DNA of 64,000 bases, from contig DAHVQG010000002.1 in the NCBI GenBank assembly GCA_027317865.1, positions 128,001 through 192,000 on the forward strand, read 5' to 3'. Positions 27,491 through 37,025 of this stretch are shown piece after piece. The stretch is from Bdellovibrionales bacterium (lineage in GTDB: Bacteria > Bdellovibrionota > Bdellovibrionia > Bdellovibrionales > UBA1609). Below the pieces are notes generated by a model, which was given only the letters and a program-made list of their open reading frames with translations, had not been told where the DNA came from and ran no database searches. The translations under genes and the position numbers were made by a program. Each line of letters begins with the position of its first letter. The stretch's first letter is position 1.

Positions 27491-28382
27491 CGCCTTGCAC
27501 TTTCTGCGTAAGTTGATTGACGAAGTTGTCGTAAATCGGGTTGCCAATTGAATTGCCGTCGCTGTTTGCTGTTCCGCTGGCTGCGCCACTTGCAGATTTT
27601 GAATTCGAATCAGATGCCCCTGGGGGCGGAATAACCGTCGGCTTCTTTTTCATCCGAACCACAAAATGAACCATCCCTTGCGCCCCGGGCTTGGTCAAGA
27701 CTGTGCTTTTGCCGAACACATCAACTCCTTGATTTATGATGCCTTGTTCAACTTTATCTGAGAGAAGGTCAAGGCGCGCGTCGGCGATATTTTTATATGT
27801 TTGCCACGGCCCTGAACGAAACGGCACTTCGGAATTGATATATATCTTGGCATCTTTCAAACCTTCTACAATTTGGCGTATGCGCTCCATAATCGAAACG
27901 TACTTTCGCGCTGGGTTAGCCGATTGCGGGAGGAAAAGTTCTTTGGCTGGAATTTCAAAACTAATTTGCCTGCTTGTAACCGTCATATGCTTGGCGTACT
28001 GGCCTACTTTATTTTCGAGAAAACTCATCTCCACTTTGGCCATTCCTAATTCGAGAACGTTCGGTTGATGATCAGCCGGGATGATAAAGTCTTGTACCGC
28101 CTTAAGCGGATCATTCATCAAATCAAGAAATAGTTTTTTGAGAGTCAGCTCAGCGCCGAAATTTTGGTAATCGTATTCGATGATTGAAGGGGTCGAAAAA
28201 TATTCAGAAACATTTTTTTTGACCTGAGGGCTTTGGTTTACAAGCCACATAACGAGAAAAAATGCCATCATGGAGGTCATAAAATCGGCGAAGGCGACCT
28301 TCCACGAGCCACCGTGACCGCCCGCTTGGGTCACGGTCACCTTTTTGATAACGATGGTAGTCTTTTTCTCGTTAGCTGGCAT
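27465..28382 (-). CDS. motB: Flagellar stator protein MotB (divergent periplasmic domain)
   Basis: HGGSWKVAFADFMTSMMAFFLVMWL with the essential Asp; follows motA. Confidence 0.88.
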   Translation of the reverse strand: MPANEKKTTIVIKKVTVTQAGGHGGSWKVAFADFMTSMMAFFLVMWLVNQSPQVKKNVSEYFSTPSIIEYDYQNFGAELTLKKLFLDLMNDPLKAVQDFIIPADHQPNVLELGMAKVEMSFLENKVGQYAKHMTVTSRQISFEIPAKELFLPQSANPARKYVSIMERIRQIVEGLKDAKIYINSEVPFRSGPWQTYKNIADARLDLLSDKVEQGIINQGVDVFGKSTVLTKPGAQGMVHFVVRMKKKPTVIPPPGASDSNSKSASGAASGTANSDGNSIGNPIYDNFVNQLTQKVQGVDTKSFPR

Positions 28383-29245
28383 TATGCCGCCGCCTTCTTC
28401 GTTTCTTTAGTCGCCGTATCCATTTCTTCAAACGATGGGCGCACCCCAGGATAAATACTTCGGCGTGCAAACTCGACACAAACTAGCGGGGGCGCACCTC
28501 TTTGCAGTGCCACCATCGCCGCTTTAATCGCATTGAGATAACGACCTTGATCTTCGATATCGGACGCGATTTTATTGGCGGTCGGTCCGACAAAGCCGTA
28601 ACACATCAAAACGCCCAAGAAGGTTCCAACAAGAGCCGCACCGACAAGTTCACCAATTTTTTCAACACCGGCGGTCAAGTAACTCATCGTATGAACGACC
28701 CCCAAAACGGCGGCCACAATTCCGAGACCGGGTAAACTGTCGGCTACGTTTTGAAGCGCGTGTTGGCATTTGTGTTCCTCTTCGTGCATGACCTTGATGT
28801 CGTTGTCGAGCAGATCGTCGACGTCGTACTGCGAGAGATCGGCCGAAAGAGTGATTTTCATCGTATCGCAAAGAAATTCCACCGCATGATGATTTTTTAG
28901 AAAATTGGGGAACGCTTTGAAAATCTCCGACGCTTCGGGCTCTTCAATGTGTTTTTCAACCGCTTGAGGTCCATCTTTACGAAAAATTTGAAACAGTTGA
29001 AACATCATGATGAGAAGCTCTAAATAGGCTTTTTTGTCGGGGCCTTTGCCGAACATGGCCGAAATGCCGAGCTTTATCGACTGCTTAATTGTCGACATGG
29101 GGTTTGCAATAACGAATCCGCCGATCGCGGCCCCGCCGATAATCATCGCTTCGAAGGGTTGAATCAAAGAATGCAGCAAACCACCTTCAAATAGGTAGCC
29201 GCCGAACACGCAAACTAAGACAACTACACCACCGATAACACCCAT
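28382..29245 (-). CDS. motA: Flagellar stator protein MotA
   Basis: LIQPFEAMIIGGA, LPGLGIVAAVLG, ALVGTFLG, VEFARR..RPSF. Confidence 0.96.
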   Translation of the reverse strand: MGVIGGVVVLVCVFGGYLFEGGLLHSLIQPFEAMIIGGAAIGGFVIANPMSTIKQSIKLGISAMFGKGPDKKAYLELLIMMFQLFQIFRKDGPQAVEKHIEEPEASEIFKAFPNFLKNHHAVEFLCDTMKITLSADLSQYDVDDLLDNDIKVMHEEEHKCQHALQNVADSLPGLGIVAAVLGVVHTMSYLTAGVEKIGELVGAALVGTFLGVLMCYGFVGPTANKIASDIEDQGRYLNAIKAAMVALQRGAPPLVCVEFARRSIYPGVRPSFEEMDTATKETKKAAA

Positions 29246-29264
29246 AAATACGCCTCCAGTATCT

Positions 29265-29292
29265 CTATCGGCAGCATCATTTGATGGATGTA
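29265..29292 (-). promoter_or_regulatory. sigma28 (FliA)-like promoter for motAB
   Basis: TACA-N16-GCCGATAG upstream of GGAGG RBS. Confidence 0.5.
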
Positions 29293-29316
29293 GTGAAATT
29301 TGCTACCAATTTGGCC

Positions 29317-30108
29317 ATGACCCGGGCGCCCATTATTTTTATTCGCGGCTTTAATAGCTATTCCAGAGAAGACCTGCGCTTTGGACCGCTCAACCTTGGT
29401 CCTGTACATCGTCACCTTCAGCCAGAATTTGAGAAACACGGGTACCGTTTTATCGCGCTTGAACGGATGGGCTTTGGTCCGCTAGACGAACAAATAGAGC
29501 GCGCTCAAAAACAGATTTTGCCCTTACGGTTAGGGGCAAGCTTTCATTTGCTTGGTCACTCTACCGGCGGGGTGATCGCGCGTGGACTTGCACACGCACT
29601 TCAAAATTCCCAAAGAGTATTAAGTGTCACAACAATTGTTTCGCCTCACCGCGGGTCAACGCTTGCTGATCAGGCGGAATGTTTTCAAGCCGCTCACCCG
29701 TTTTGGTATCGGTTTTGGAAGTCCGCCGGTTACGATGTGGCGGCGCGAGTGCCACTCCTTGAGCCAATGAAAGTTAAGGCGATGGCGGAATTTAATGAAA
29801 AATATCCCAATTTGCCAAACGTTCAATATGCGTCTATTGTCTCGGGCGCACCGCTTAAAACACTCCCTCTTTTAATGCGCATGATCGGTCAGTTTGCAGC
29901 AAATTCAAACGAAGATACGGACGGAGTCGTTGAAAAAGCATCACAACCATGGGGAGAAATCATCGGAGACTTTGTGGCTGATCACGGCGCGATTATCGGA
30001 TTTCGAACTATGCTCTCACCGCGCTCTTACGAAAAAACGCAGCTCGAATTTAGAAATGCTGTTGAACAAATAAACCGCTTTTACTCTCGCGTAGAGGACT
30101 TGCAATGA
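29317..30108 (+). CDS. Lipase/esterase-family alpha/beta hydrolase
   Basis: GHSTGG nucleophile elbow, SPHRGS, DGVV, ADH; start moved to ATG 29317. Confidence 0.85.
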   Translation: MTRAPIIFIRGFNSYSREDLRFGPLNLGPVHRHLQPEFEKHGYRFIALERMGFGPLDEQIERAQKQILPLRLGASFHLLGHSTGGVIARGLAHALQNSQRVLSVTTIVSPHRGSTLADQAECFQAAHPFWYRFWKSAGYDVAARVPLLEPMKVKAMAEFNEKYPNLPNVQYASIVSGAPLKTLPLLMRMIGQFAANSNEDTDGVVEKASQPWGEIIGDFVADHGAIIGFRTMLSPRSYEKTQLEFRNAVEQINRFYSRVEDLQ

Positions 30109-31898
30109 CGTCACGTGCTCGTTTCTTATCGCTCATTACCGTTACGCTATTATCATTTTCGTTTTTACCCGCGGTTCTATTGTTAGCGCCAACGGCTCGT
30201 GCAAAATCAACAACCAACTCGGCAATACCCGATACTTCACCGTTAAAAGTCGACCAAGTTGTTTTTACCCCCCAAACACCTAAACCCGGGCAAATAGTAC
30301 AAGTCGCTATCGAGTTTCATATTGCAACCGGCTATCACGCATACGTAAGACAATTCCGGCTCAAACTCGCAAACAATAAGACTCTTAAATTGAGCAAATT
30401 ACACGTGCAACCGACGTACGTGTTTATGGATCCCGTCACCCATCGACCGAGATTAGCCGCAAAAAATCGCGCGCAAATTATTAGCCTCCTTGATCTTCCG
30501 CCGAATATTTCGGGCGGTTCACTACCGCTTGATATGCAACTTACGTATCAAGCTTGTGGACCAAAATTTTGCCTGTTCCCGAAAACAATTCCGGTCAAAG
30601 CTTCGCTTGCAATTGCCGGGGCACAAAATTCATTCACCCGAGCTTTAGCAAAAGGGTGGTTTTATGCGCTAATCATCGTCTTTTTTGCCGGAATTTTAAC
30701 GAGCTTCACGCCGTGTATATTCCCGATGATTCCTATTACGCTTGCAATCCTCGGAACTAAAGACTCGGGCAAACGCCAGAGTAAAGCATTTTTACTTAGC
30801 CTATTCTACGTCCTTGGGATTGCCATTACTTATGCAATTTTGGGCCTAATTGCCGCAAAAACTGGCGCCATGTTCGGCTCGCTACTGGGGCGTCCCCTTG
30901 TTGTGGGTGTCATCGCCGCCCTTTTTGTCCTTATGGGACTCAGCATGTATGGGCTTTTTGAAGTGCGGTTACCGGCAGCGCTGACAAATCTGCTCACCAG
31001 ATCAAATCCATCGAACGCAAGCGTGAGTGAAAGAAGAGGTCTTGTCACGGCTTTCGCTTCCGGTCTGGTTGCAGGGGTTGTCGCAAGCCCATGTGTTGGG
31101 CCGGTTCTGATCAGCGTACTTGCCTACGTTGCTCAAAAGCAAAATCCCGTGGCTGGATTTTTCTTGCTTTTCACATTTGCTCTCGGATTTGGCCAACTAT
31201 TTTTGCTTATTGGAACTTTTCAATCGCTTTGGCAAAAGTTACCGCGGTCGGGCCCCTGGATGGAGCAGGTTAAAATTTTATTTGGCACAGTTATGATTGC
31301 GATGGCCTTTTATTACATTCGCCCCGTGACGAGCCCACTACTATTTAACTCCCTTGCGGCGGTTGCCTTGGTTGCCATTGCTGTATTTTTTGGCGCCTTA
31401 TCGCGCAGCAAAGGTTCTCGCGTTCAACGTTATACCGCGCGAGTTTTACTTGTTTTGGGGGTTATTTTTGCCCTCAAAGCCAGCGCTCCGTTTTGGTCAC
31501 CCGTACATTTTAACCCGGGACACACTACTGCTGTCGCTCTCGGCCCGAAATGGGCAATGTATTCGGGCGCTCATTTAGAAAAAGCAGCAGCGGCACATAA
31601 ACCCGTTATTGTCGACTTTCGCGCCGATTGGTGCCTCGCTTGCGCTGAGTTGGCAAAATATACTTTTACTAATCCCGCTGTTCTAAAATTGGGACGGTCT
31701 TTTGTTTGGCTTAAATTTGATGCCACATCGCCGTCACCTGAATTAAATAGACTCCAGAAGAAATACGATATCGCGGGCCTTCCTTATGTCCTCTTTTTCG
31801 CAAAAGACGGCCGATGGGAGCGCAATCTCACCGTGACAGGTTACGAAGATCCGCCGCAATTTCTTAGACACATGAAAACCGCACTCCGAGCTAAATAA
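30105..31898 (+). CDS. dsbD: Thiol:disulfide interchange protein DsbD
   Basis: N-domain YQACGPKFCLFP; TM TPCIFP and SPCVGP; thioredoxin ADWCLAC. Confidence 0.92.
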   Translation: MTSRARFLSLITVTLLSFSFLPAVLLLAPTARAKSTTNSAIPDTSPLKVDQVVFTPQTPKPGQIVQVAIEFHIATGYHAYVRQFRLKLANNKTLKLSKLHVQPTYVFMDPVTHRPRLAAKNRAQIISLLDLPPNISGGSLPLDMQLTYQACGPKFCLFPKTIPVKASLAIAGAQNSFTRALAKGWFYALIIVFFAGILTSFTPCIFPMIPITLAILGTKDSGKRQSKAFLLSLFYVLGIAITYAILGLIAAKTGAMFGSLLGRPLVVGVIAALFVLMGLSMYGLFEVRLPAALTNLLTRSNPSNASVSERRGLVTAFASGLVAGVVASPCVGPVLISVLAYVAQKQNPVAGFFLLFTFALGFGQLFLLIGTFQSLWQKLPRSGPWMEQVKILFGTVMIAMAFYYIRPVTSPLLFNSLAAVALVAIAVFFGALSRSKGSRVQRYTARVLLVLGVIFALKASAPFWSPVHFNPGHTTAVALGPKWAMYSGAHLEKAAAAHKPVIVDFRADWCLACAELAKYTFTNPAVLKLGRSFVWLKFDATSPSPELNRLQKKYDIAGLPYVLFFAKDGRWERNLTVTGYEDPPQFLRHMKTALRAK

Positions 31899-32097
31899 AA
31901 GCCGCCGAGTCATATCGATCTCAAATTGAGACCGTATCAAAATGTAACGTTGAACTGTCATACGATTTTCGCGATTTAGACACCTGTGCCCCGTTCACGT
32001 CTTGTATATTTCGTTTACGCGAGCACGCCTTTTGCACAATTGTAAACATTGAAGACGAAGCCAAATGTTTGTGGGGCATAACTTGGGGGTAAAAATT

Positions 32098-32748
32098 ATG
32101 AAAACTCATATTATAGCCTACGCAATCGGCATCTCTGCCGTGGCATTATTCTTTCAAAACTGTGGCAAAGTGAGCTTTAGTAGCGCCAATTCAACGCGTG
32201 CGCTTACGACGCAGACTGTTCCAAACTCTCCCAGCCCAACTCCAGGGCCAACCAATATAACAAATGGGTACGGTTCGAACACAAACACCACGGTAACGAA
32301 TTCCGATACTAATACTAATACTAATACTGATGTTGATACGGATACTGATCCTGATGCGGTCGGTAGCAAACCAAGCTGTGCAGGACATGATACGAATTAT
32401 GGCGACGATAGTAATTCCAACGATGACAACAATTATGATCACGATGATCCGGGCACGGACGATGCGAATTCAACACAATGGGTGGAATGTGACCTCGGCA
32501 GCCCCAGCGTGAAGATCGTACTGACCGAAACCGGTAAGGGCCTTGACAGCAGTCAATCTAATGCCGAAACAACGCGAGTATGTATGTCGCCTGCTGCCTG
32601 CGAAAGCATCAATACTTATGATCAAGGTGCGCAGGCGTTTCCGGGCAGTAACGGAACTTGTCACGATGCCGAATTGCTGACCGACGCACAAGTGGCCAGT
32701 TTGCTAAAAAATAACGGAGGGCTTGTCGCTTCTAACGCCGGCAATTAG
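32098..32748 (+). CDS. Putative lipoprotein with FQNC signal and low-complexity Asp/Asn/Thr linker
   Basis: MKTHIIAYAIGISAVALFFQNCGK; GGGGG RBS; small Cys-containing C-terminal domain. Confidence 0.75.
   Translation: MKTHIIAYAIGISAVALFFQNCGKVSFSSANSTRALTTQTVPNSPSPTPGPTNITNGYGSNTNTTVTNSDTNTNTNTDVDTDTDPDAVGSKPSCAGHDTNYGDDSNSNDDNNYDHDDPGTDDANSTQWVECDLGSPSVKIVLTETGKGLDSSQSNAETTRVCMSPAACESINTYDQGAQAFPGSNGTCHDAELLTDAQVASLLKNNGGLVASNAGN
32305..32355 (+). repeat. Degenerate 6-bp in-frame tandem repeat
   Basis: gat-(actaat)x3-actgat-gttgat-acggat-actgat-cctgat, encoding DTNTNTNTDVDTDTDPD. Confidence 0.8.
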
Positions 32749-32755
32749 CGTTAGT

Positions 32756-33208
32756 TTAGTTGCTTTTTTTGAGATTTCGAATTTCGCGCAAAACTTCTTC
32801 GTAGGTCGCCTGATAGTTCATGAGCTTGATCTCTTGTTCTGTCGCGACCTTTTGCATGTGATGGATTCGTCCCTCGAAGCTATTAATCAGTTGGTTATGC
32901 CGATCAAACAATTCTTGAGTTTTTGCCTCGGCCATGCGCCGTTCGTTGATTTTTGAATAAATCGTCGCGTTTTGCTTTGCAGTCGTCTCGGCTAGTATTT
33001 TGATCTGCTCGCCAAGAGCCTTTTGCCCGGCTGTCAACTTTTGAATCTTCTGTTCCATAAGATGGGCCCAGCGGTCCAACTTTTGATTAACAGCTTCAAT
33101 TTGGGCCTCGAGCTCACTAATTTGCTTTTCTTGCAAGGGTGCGCCGTCCACTTTCAAGATGGGGGTTTCAGTTGGACCGAACAATTGCGGGTTAAGCGTA
33201 CGAGCCAT
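32756..33208 (-). CDS. Coiled-coil hypothetical protein
   Basis: MARTLNPQLFG then long Q/E/K heptads; ATG 33208. Confidence 0.75.
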   Translation of the reverse strand: MARTLNPQLFGPTETPILKVDGAPLQEKQISELEAQIEAVNQKLDRWAHLMEQKIQKLTAGQKALGEQIKILAETTAKQNATIYSKINERRMAEAKTQELFDRHNQLINSFEGRIHHMQKVATEQEIKLMNYQATYEEVLREIRNLKKSN

Positions 33209-33307
33209 AGACAACACGCCAGCTTCAGTTCAGCTAACGCCTCCTCGTGTGATTATTTTGACACTTTTTCCTGGACTGTAAACAGAAAATCTCCCTATGG
33301 TGAGGAT

Positions 33308-34126
33308 ATGTTAATGTCGGTAGGCGAAGTTGCACATTTTATTTTCGAACTTGAACCGCAGAAAAATCCCGCCCGGCTTGCCTTTTATTCTTATCTTAAT
33401 TCGTTTTTGCCGCCCGATAAAACATTTACCCAAGAAATGCTTGATGTGTTTTACGATCGTGCGCTCACTCTTGCCCATTGGCAAACAAACAAGCAACACT
33501 TGGGCGAAACGATTCGCGATGATTTGCTCAAGGTAAATGAACTGGGCAAAGAAAAGCAAACCGGGCTTGCGTTTGACCCCGATCAAGCGCTTCACTGTTG
33601 TGATTTTCAAGTTGTACCACTAGAGACTCCGCGAGATTTTCAAGCCCTTCTTGAAAAGGCTGTGGAAAAATTTGAAGGGTTCGGTGAAAAGGTTCGTTTA
33701 TTTGCGCTTAGAGACGGTTTCACTCATACGCGGCAAGAAGTTTTGGTTGTGCGATTGCAGAAAAGCGGTTCACTCATCGTTGATATTCAGCCCAATGTCG
33801 CCATTATTGTCGACGGCGAGTTGCAATTAGTGCGGCCCCATTCGCGCTTAACTTATTCACACTCGCTCGATCTTGAACCGGGGGTCGAACAAATTTTGGC
33901 CACTTCAGTTCTCAGGGTTGCACGGTTTCAAAAATCCGGCACAAATGTGGCCGGGGCATACATTCAAGGCATTAACTTCGCGCAATCCAGTCCTTTTGAA
34001 AAACCAATTAGCGAGATTCCAGAACTTCTGCGAGCAGTTAAACGAATTGAAAGGTATTACATTAACCCCGCATCTGATCCCTATTATCAAGATCTATATG
34101 AAACACTTAAAACAGATTCGCCTTAA
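33308..34126 (+). CDS. Hypothetical protein
   Basis: Long ORF with GAGG before ATG 33308; overlaps start of the pseudouridine synthase. Confidence 0.7.
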   Translation: MLMSVGEVAHFIFELEPQKNPARLAFYSYLNSFLPPDKTFTQEMLDVFYDRALTLAHWQTNKQHLGETIRDDLLKVNELGKEKQTGLAFDPDQALHCCDFQVVPLETPRDFQALLEKAVEKFEGFGEKVRLFALRDGFTHTRQEVLVVRLQKSGSLIVDIQPNVAIIVDGELQLVRPHSRLTYSHSLDLEPGVEQILATSVLRVARFQKSGTNVAGAYIQGINFAQSSPFEKPISEIPELLRAVKRIERYYINPASDPYYQDLYETLKTDSP

Positions 34127-34859
34127 CAAGTTTATAGCCATGTCCGGGGTTGCGAGCCGGCGGCATGCCGATGACCTTATCGTTCAAGGTTTTGTTCGCG
34201 TAAACGGTAAAACAATTACCGATCTTGGCACTCGTGTTAGCCCTGAGCAAGATCGAGTATTTGTGCAAAATAAGCCGATTCATGCGGTTCGCGATCTCGT
34301 CTATATCGCTTTTCATAAACCCATTCACGTGGTCACAACGATGAATGATCCGCAAGGGAGGCCAAGTCTAGCCGAATACTTCTCGAAAGCGCGCATTCGC
34401 CTCTTCCCGGTAGGGCGATTGGACTGGGATTCTGAAGGGATTCTTCTTCTAACCAATGACGGGGCCTTTGCCCAAAAGGTTTCGCATCCAAAATATGGTG
34501 TCGCAAAAACTTATCTAGCCAAATTGAGCGGCCAACCTACTGATGAACAGCTGCAAAAACTTATGCGTGGTGTTTCAATTATTGGCGGCAAGGCCCGCGC
34601 GCAATACGTCGAACGAATTCGAAGCAGCGGCAAATACGATTGGGTTAAAATAATAATCGATGAAGGGCGGAACCGCCAGATTCGCCAAATGTTTCAAAAA
34701 ATCGGCTTTGATGTCAAAAAGCTCCAACGTGTGGCTATTGGGTCGCTTCGATTAGGCGCACTTGAGCGCGGAAAATTTCGAATTCTTACCGAAACCGATC
34801 TCGAAAAGGTTTTTCGCGCCCCGAAAGAACTCACGGCACGCGCGCGGTGGCTTGCATAA
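34098..34859 (+). CDS. rluB: RsuA/RluB-family rRNA pseudouridine synthase with S4 domain
   Basis: RLNKFIA..GVASRR, PVGRLDWDSEG, EGRNRQIR; start moved to ATG 34098. Confidence 0.88.
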   Translation: MKHLKQIRLNKFIAMSGVASRRHADDLIVQGFVRVNGKTITDLGTRVSPEQDRVFVQNKPIHAVRDLVYIAFHKPIHVVTTMNDPQGRPSLAEYFSKARIRLFPVGRLDWDSEGILLLTNDGAFAQKVSHPKYGVAKTYLAKLSGQPTDEQLQKLMRGVSIIGGKARAQYVERIRSSGKYDWVKIIIDEGRNRQIRQMFQKIGFDVKKLQRVAIGSLRLGALERGKFRILTETDLEKVFRAPKELTARARWLA

Positions 34860-35646
34860 ACGAATCGAACGTAATGGCGTTCGGGTTTTTCATAACATCA
34901 TGAAATTCGCGCTTCATCGAATCGACAAGCTCTTTATCGACTTGCCCCGCCCGCAGAAGCTCATCTACGGCACTCAACATCAATTCTTCTCGATCGCGCA
35001 GCAGTTTTTCGCGCAGTTCCGGCTCGCGCTTGTCTGCGTACATAAGCTTCACGTTTGTGCGCACGTCGGTGTAGCCGGCATCGCGCAAGAAATTACCCAG
35101 TTTTACGCCGACAAATGGGTCGCCACTCCGATCGTATTGATAGTCGTTAAAAGCCATCCAAAACTTCCAAATTGCGGGGCAATAGGGGTCCAAGAAATAC
35201 GAGAAGTTCATCACCTCAGAAATGACAATCCGCGAACCCGGTTTAAGCACACGTCGAACTTCACCTAAAACACGCATAGGATTTGGCATGTGCTCCATCA
35301 CCCAACAGATAAAAGCTCCGCCAAACGTATTTTCCGCAAACGTCATTTTCTCAGCGTTCATTTTGTGAATTTCAAAGCGATCACGGGCGTAATCGAGTTG
35401 GCCAAGAGTCTCTCGTGCCGCCTGCAATTGTTCGTCATTTATGTCAATACATGTGATCTTTAGGTGCGGAAAGCGGCGAAGCAAAATTTGTGTCTGCGCG
35501 CCGACGCCACATCCGACTTCAAGCAAATGCTCAGTTTGTGAAAAATTGACGTCTTGATATATAACAAACTCAGTCAGCTCCGCTTGCCGACGGAGCCGAT
35601 CTTGTTCAACAGTCGAATAGCCATGAATGTATTTCTGTTCAGTCAT
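34831..35646 (-). CDS. Class I SAM-dependent methyltransferase
   Basis: YIHGY..EQDRL, LEVGCGVG, RVLKPG; start moved to ATG 35646. Confidence 0.9.
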   Translation of the reverse strand: MTEQKYIHGYSTVEQDRLRRQAELTEFVIYQDVNFSQTEHLLEVGCGVGAQTQILLRRFPHLKITCIDINDEQLQAARETLGQLDYARDRFEIHKMNAEKMTFAENTFGGAFICWVMEHMPNPMRVLGEVRRVLKPGSRIVISEVMNFSYFLDPYCPAIWKFWMAFNDYQYDRSGDPFVGVKLGNFLRDAGYTDVRTNVKLMYADKREPELREKLLRDREELMLSAVDELLRAGQVDKELVDSMKREFHDVMKNPNAITFDSFMQATARVP

Positions 35647-36307
35647 CTGAATTGTCACACCGGCAGTGTTCTTTTCTTCGTTGCGCTCGCTTCCAAGCAC
35701 GATAACGTTCAGAATAATCCCGGTATTGCTCCAAAAATTCTTGTCGTTTATCTTCTAAGTTCGAATTAAAATCGTCAATCCGCTCGTGCCAGGCGGAATC
35801 AAAGTCGCCACGCTTTTGTATTTCGTTGGAATTGAAATTTTCTTCTTGATCAGCCTGTCGTTCAAAAAATCGTTCGCGTTCGGAAGCAGTATGGTGCTCG
35901 CTTAAAAATCGACGGCGCGCCTCGCGTTGTTTACGATCGAAAGCGTCACGCTCCCGCTGCTCTTTATGATCGTAATTTTCACGCGACCTCTCTTCTTTTT
36001 TATCAAATCGTTCGCGTTCACGCTCAAACATCCGTTCGTACCGTTCTTGAATGTTTTCTGGTGGCAATCGCACTTGGCCAAAAAATTTAAGCAGACTTTT
36101 GAGTTTATCATTAGCCCTTCGTCGATCTTTTGGAATAGCCGCGCGTAACTTTGCGATTTCAGCCTGATCGCTTTTAAGCGAAACATTGGCCAAATTGCTG
36201 TGTGAACCGTAGTGGCCCGAGTTCAGCGCGCAACCGTTTAAAAAAACTAGGGCCCCCAGACCCGCGACCAAGATCAGAATTGTGATCGACCAAAGATGAG
36301 TCTTCAT
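35639..36307 (-). CDS. Putative lipoprotein with highly charged E/R-rich helix
   Basis: Lipobox-like LNGC after hydrophobic stretch; ERERERFDKKEERSRE-type sequence. Confidence 0.7.
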   Translation of the reverse strand: MKTHLWSITILILVAGLGALVFLNGCALNSGHYGSHSNLANVSLKSDQAEIAKLRAAIPKDRRRANDKLKSLLKFFGQVRLPPENIQERYERMFERERERFDKKEERSRENYDHKEQRERDAFDRKQREARRRFLSEHHTASERERFFERQADQEENFNSNEIQKRGDFDSAWHERIDDFNSNLEDKRQEFLEQYRDYSERYRAWKRAQRRKEHCRCDNSDD

Positions 36308-36362
36308 GACCTCAATGATAGAAGAGCTTTTTTAAAAACACAATGAGGCGGTAACATGAATT

Positions 36363-37025
36363 ATGCTCCCACAGCAAGATTCACATTACCTTCAACCCTC
36401 CGGTTATACTCGCCGAAACAGCGGCTTTATAGATCGTGAATTTCAACTTAAATACACGCGTTATCTTTTATGGATGTCCGGACTGATCGCGCTCGTATTT
36501 TTACTGCCGCCGTTCTACTATTGCTTTCAAAACTACGGGATTTTTATACGCCTTGCCGATCTCAATGATCCGCGGCTTGCTCATTTTTTGATTAGCGAAC
36601 GGTTTTACCTGGTTGTTTACTTTGGTGTCGCGGCCCTGGCACAATTTGGATTTTGGATCGTGTTTAGCCGGCGTATGTCCGCCAAGATCGTTGGTCCGGC
36701 AAAGCTGTTGCGCAACCACATTAGGCTTATCAGCCGCGGTGATTTTTCTCTGCCTGCCCTTCGCATTCGCGATGACGATGAATTCAAGGACCTCATCGGC
36801 TCCTACAATTATTTCTATTCGCTTCTCAAAACGCAATATGAACGCGAACTCGAGGATCTAAACAATCTTAAAAAAATGACTACAAATGCGGGGGCGCTCG
36901 ATCTCATTAAAGAAATGACCGAGGTTCGCGCCAAGCGCCTTGGCCAAATTCCGCTTAACCCGAATGACCCCGCGAACTCGCTCGAAGAGCCCGCGACATC
37001 TCGCGATTCGCGTCACGCATCTTAA
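36363..37025 (+). CDS. 2TM membrane protein with HAMP-like linker
   Basis: RR..FIDREFQLKY, two TMs, SAKIVGP...SRGDFS..LRIRDDDEFKDL. Confidence 0.75.
   Translation: MLPQQDSHYLQPSGYTRRNSGFIDREFQLKYTRYLLWMSGLIALVFLLPPFYYCFQNYGIFIRLADLNDPRLAHFLISERFYLVVYFGVAALAQFGFWIVFSRRMSAKIVGPAKLLRNHIRLISRGDFSLPALRIRDDDEFKDLIGSYNYFYSLLKTQYERELEDLNNLKKMTTNAGALDLIKEMTEVRAKRLGQIPLNPNDPANSLEEPATSRDSRHAS

Noticed and set aside
32021-32036. sigma54-like GAGCACGCCTTTTGCA before the FQNC gene
   Set aside because: Good -12 but AG replaces the near-invariant -24 GG.
33023-33307. N-terminal extensions in the ORF track (33023, 33873, 12304, 27589, 44821 and others)
   Set aside because: They overlap neighbouring real genes; downstream starts with RBS match expected family lengths.
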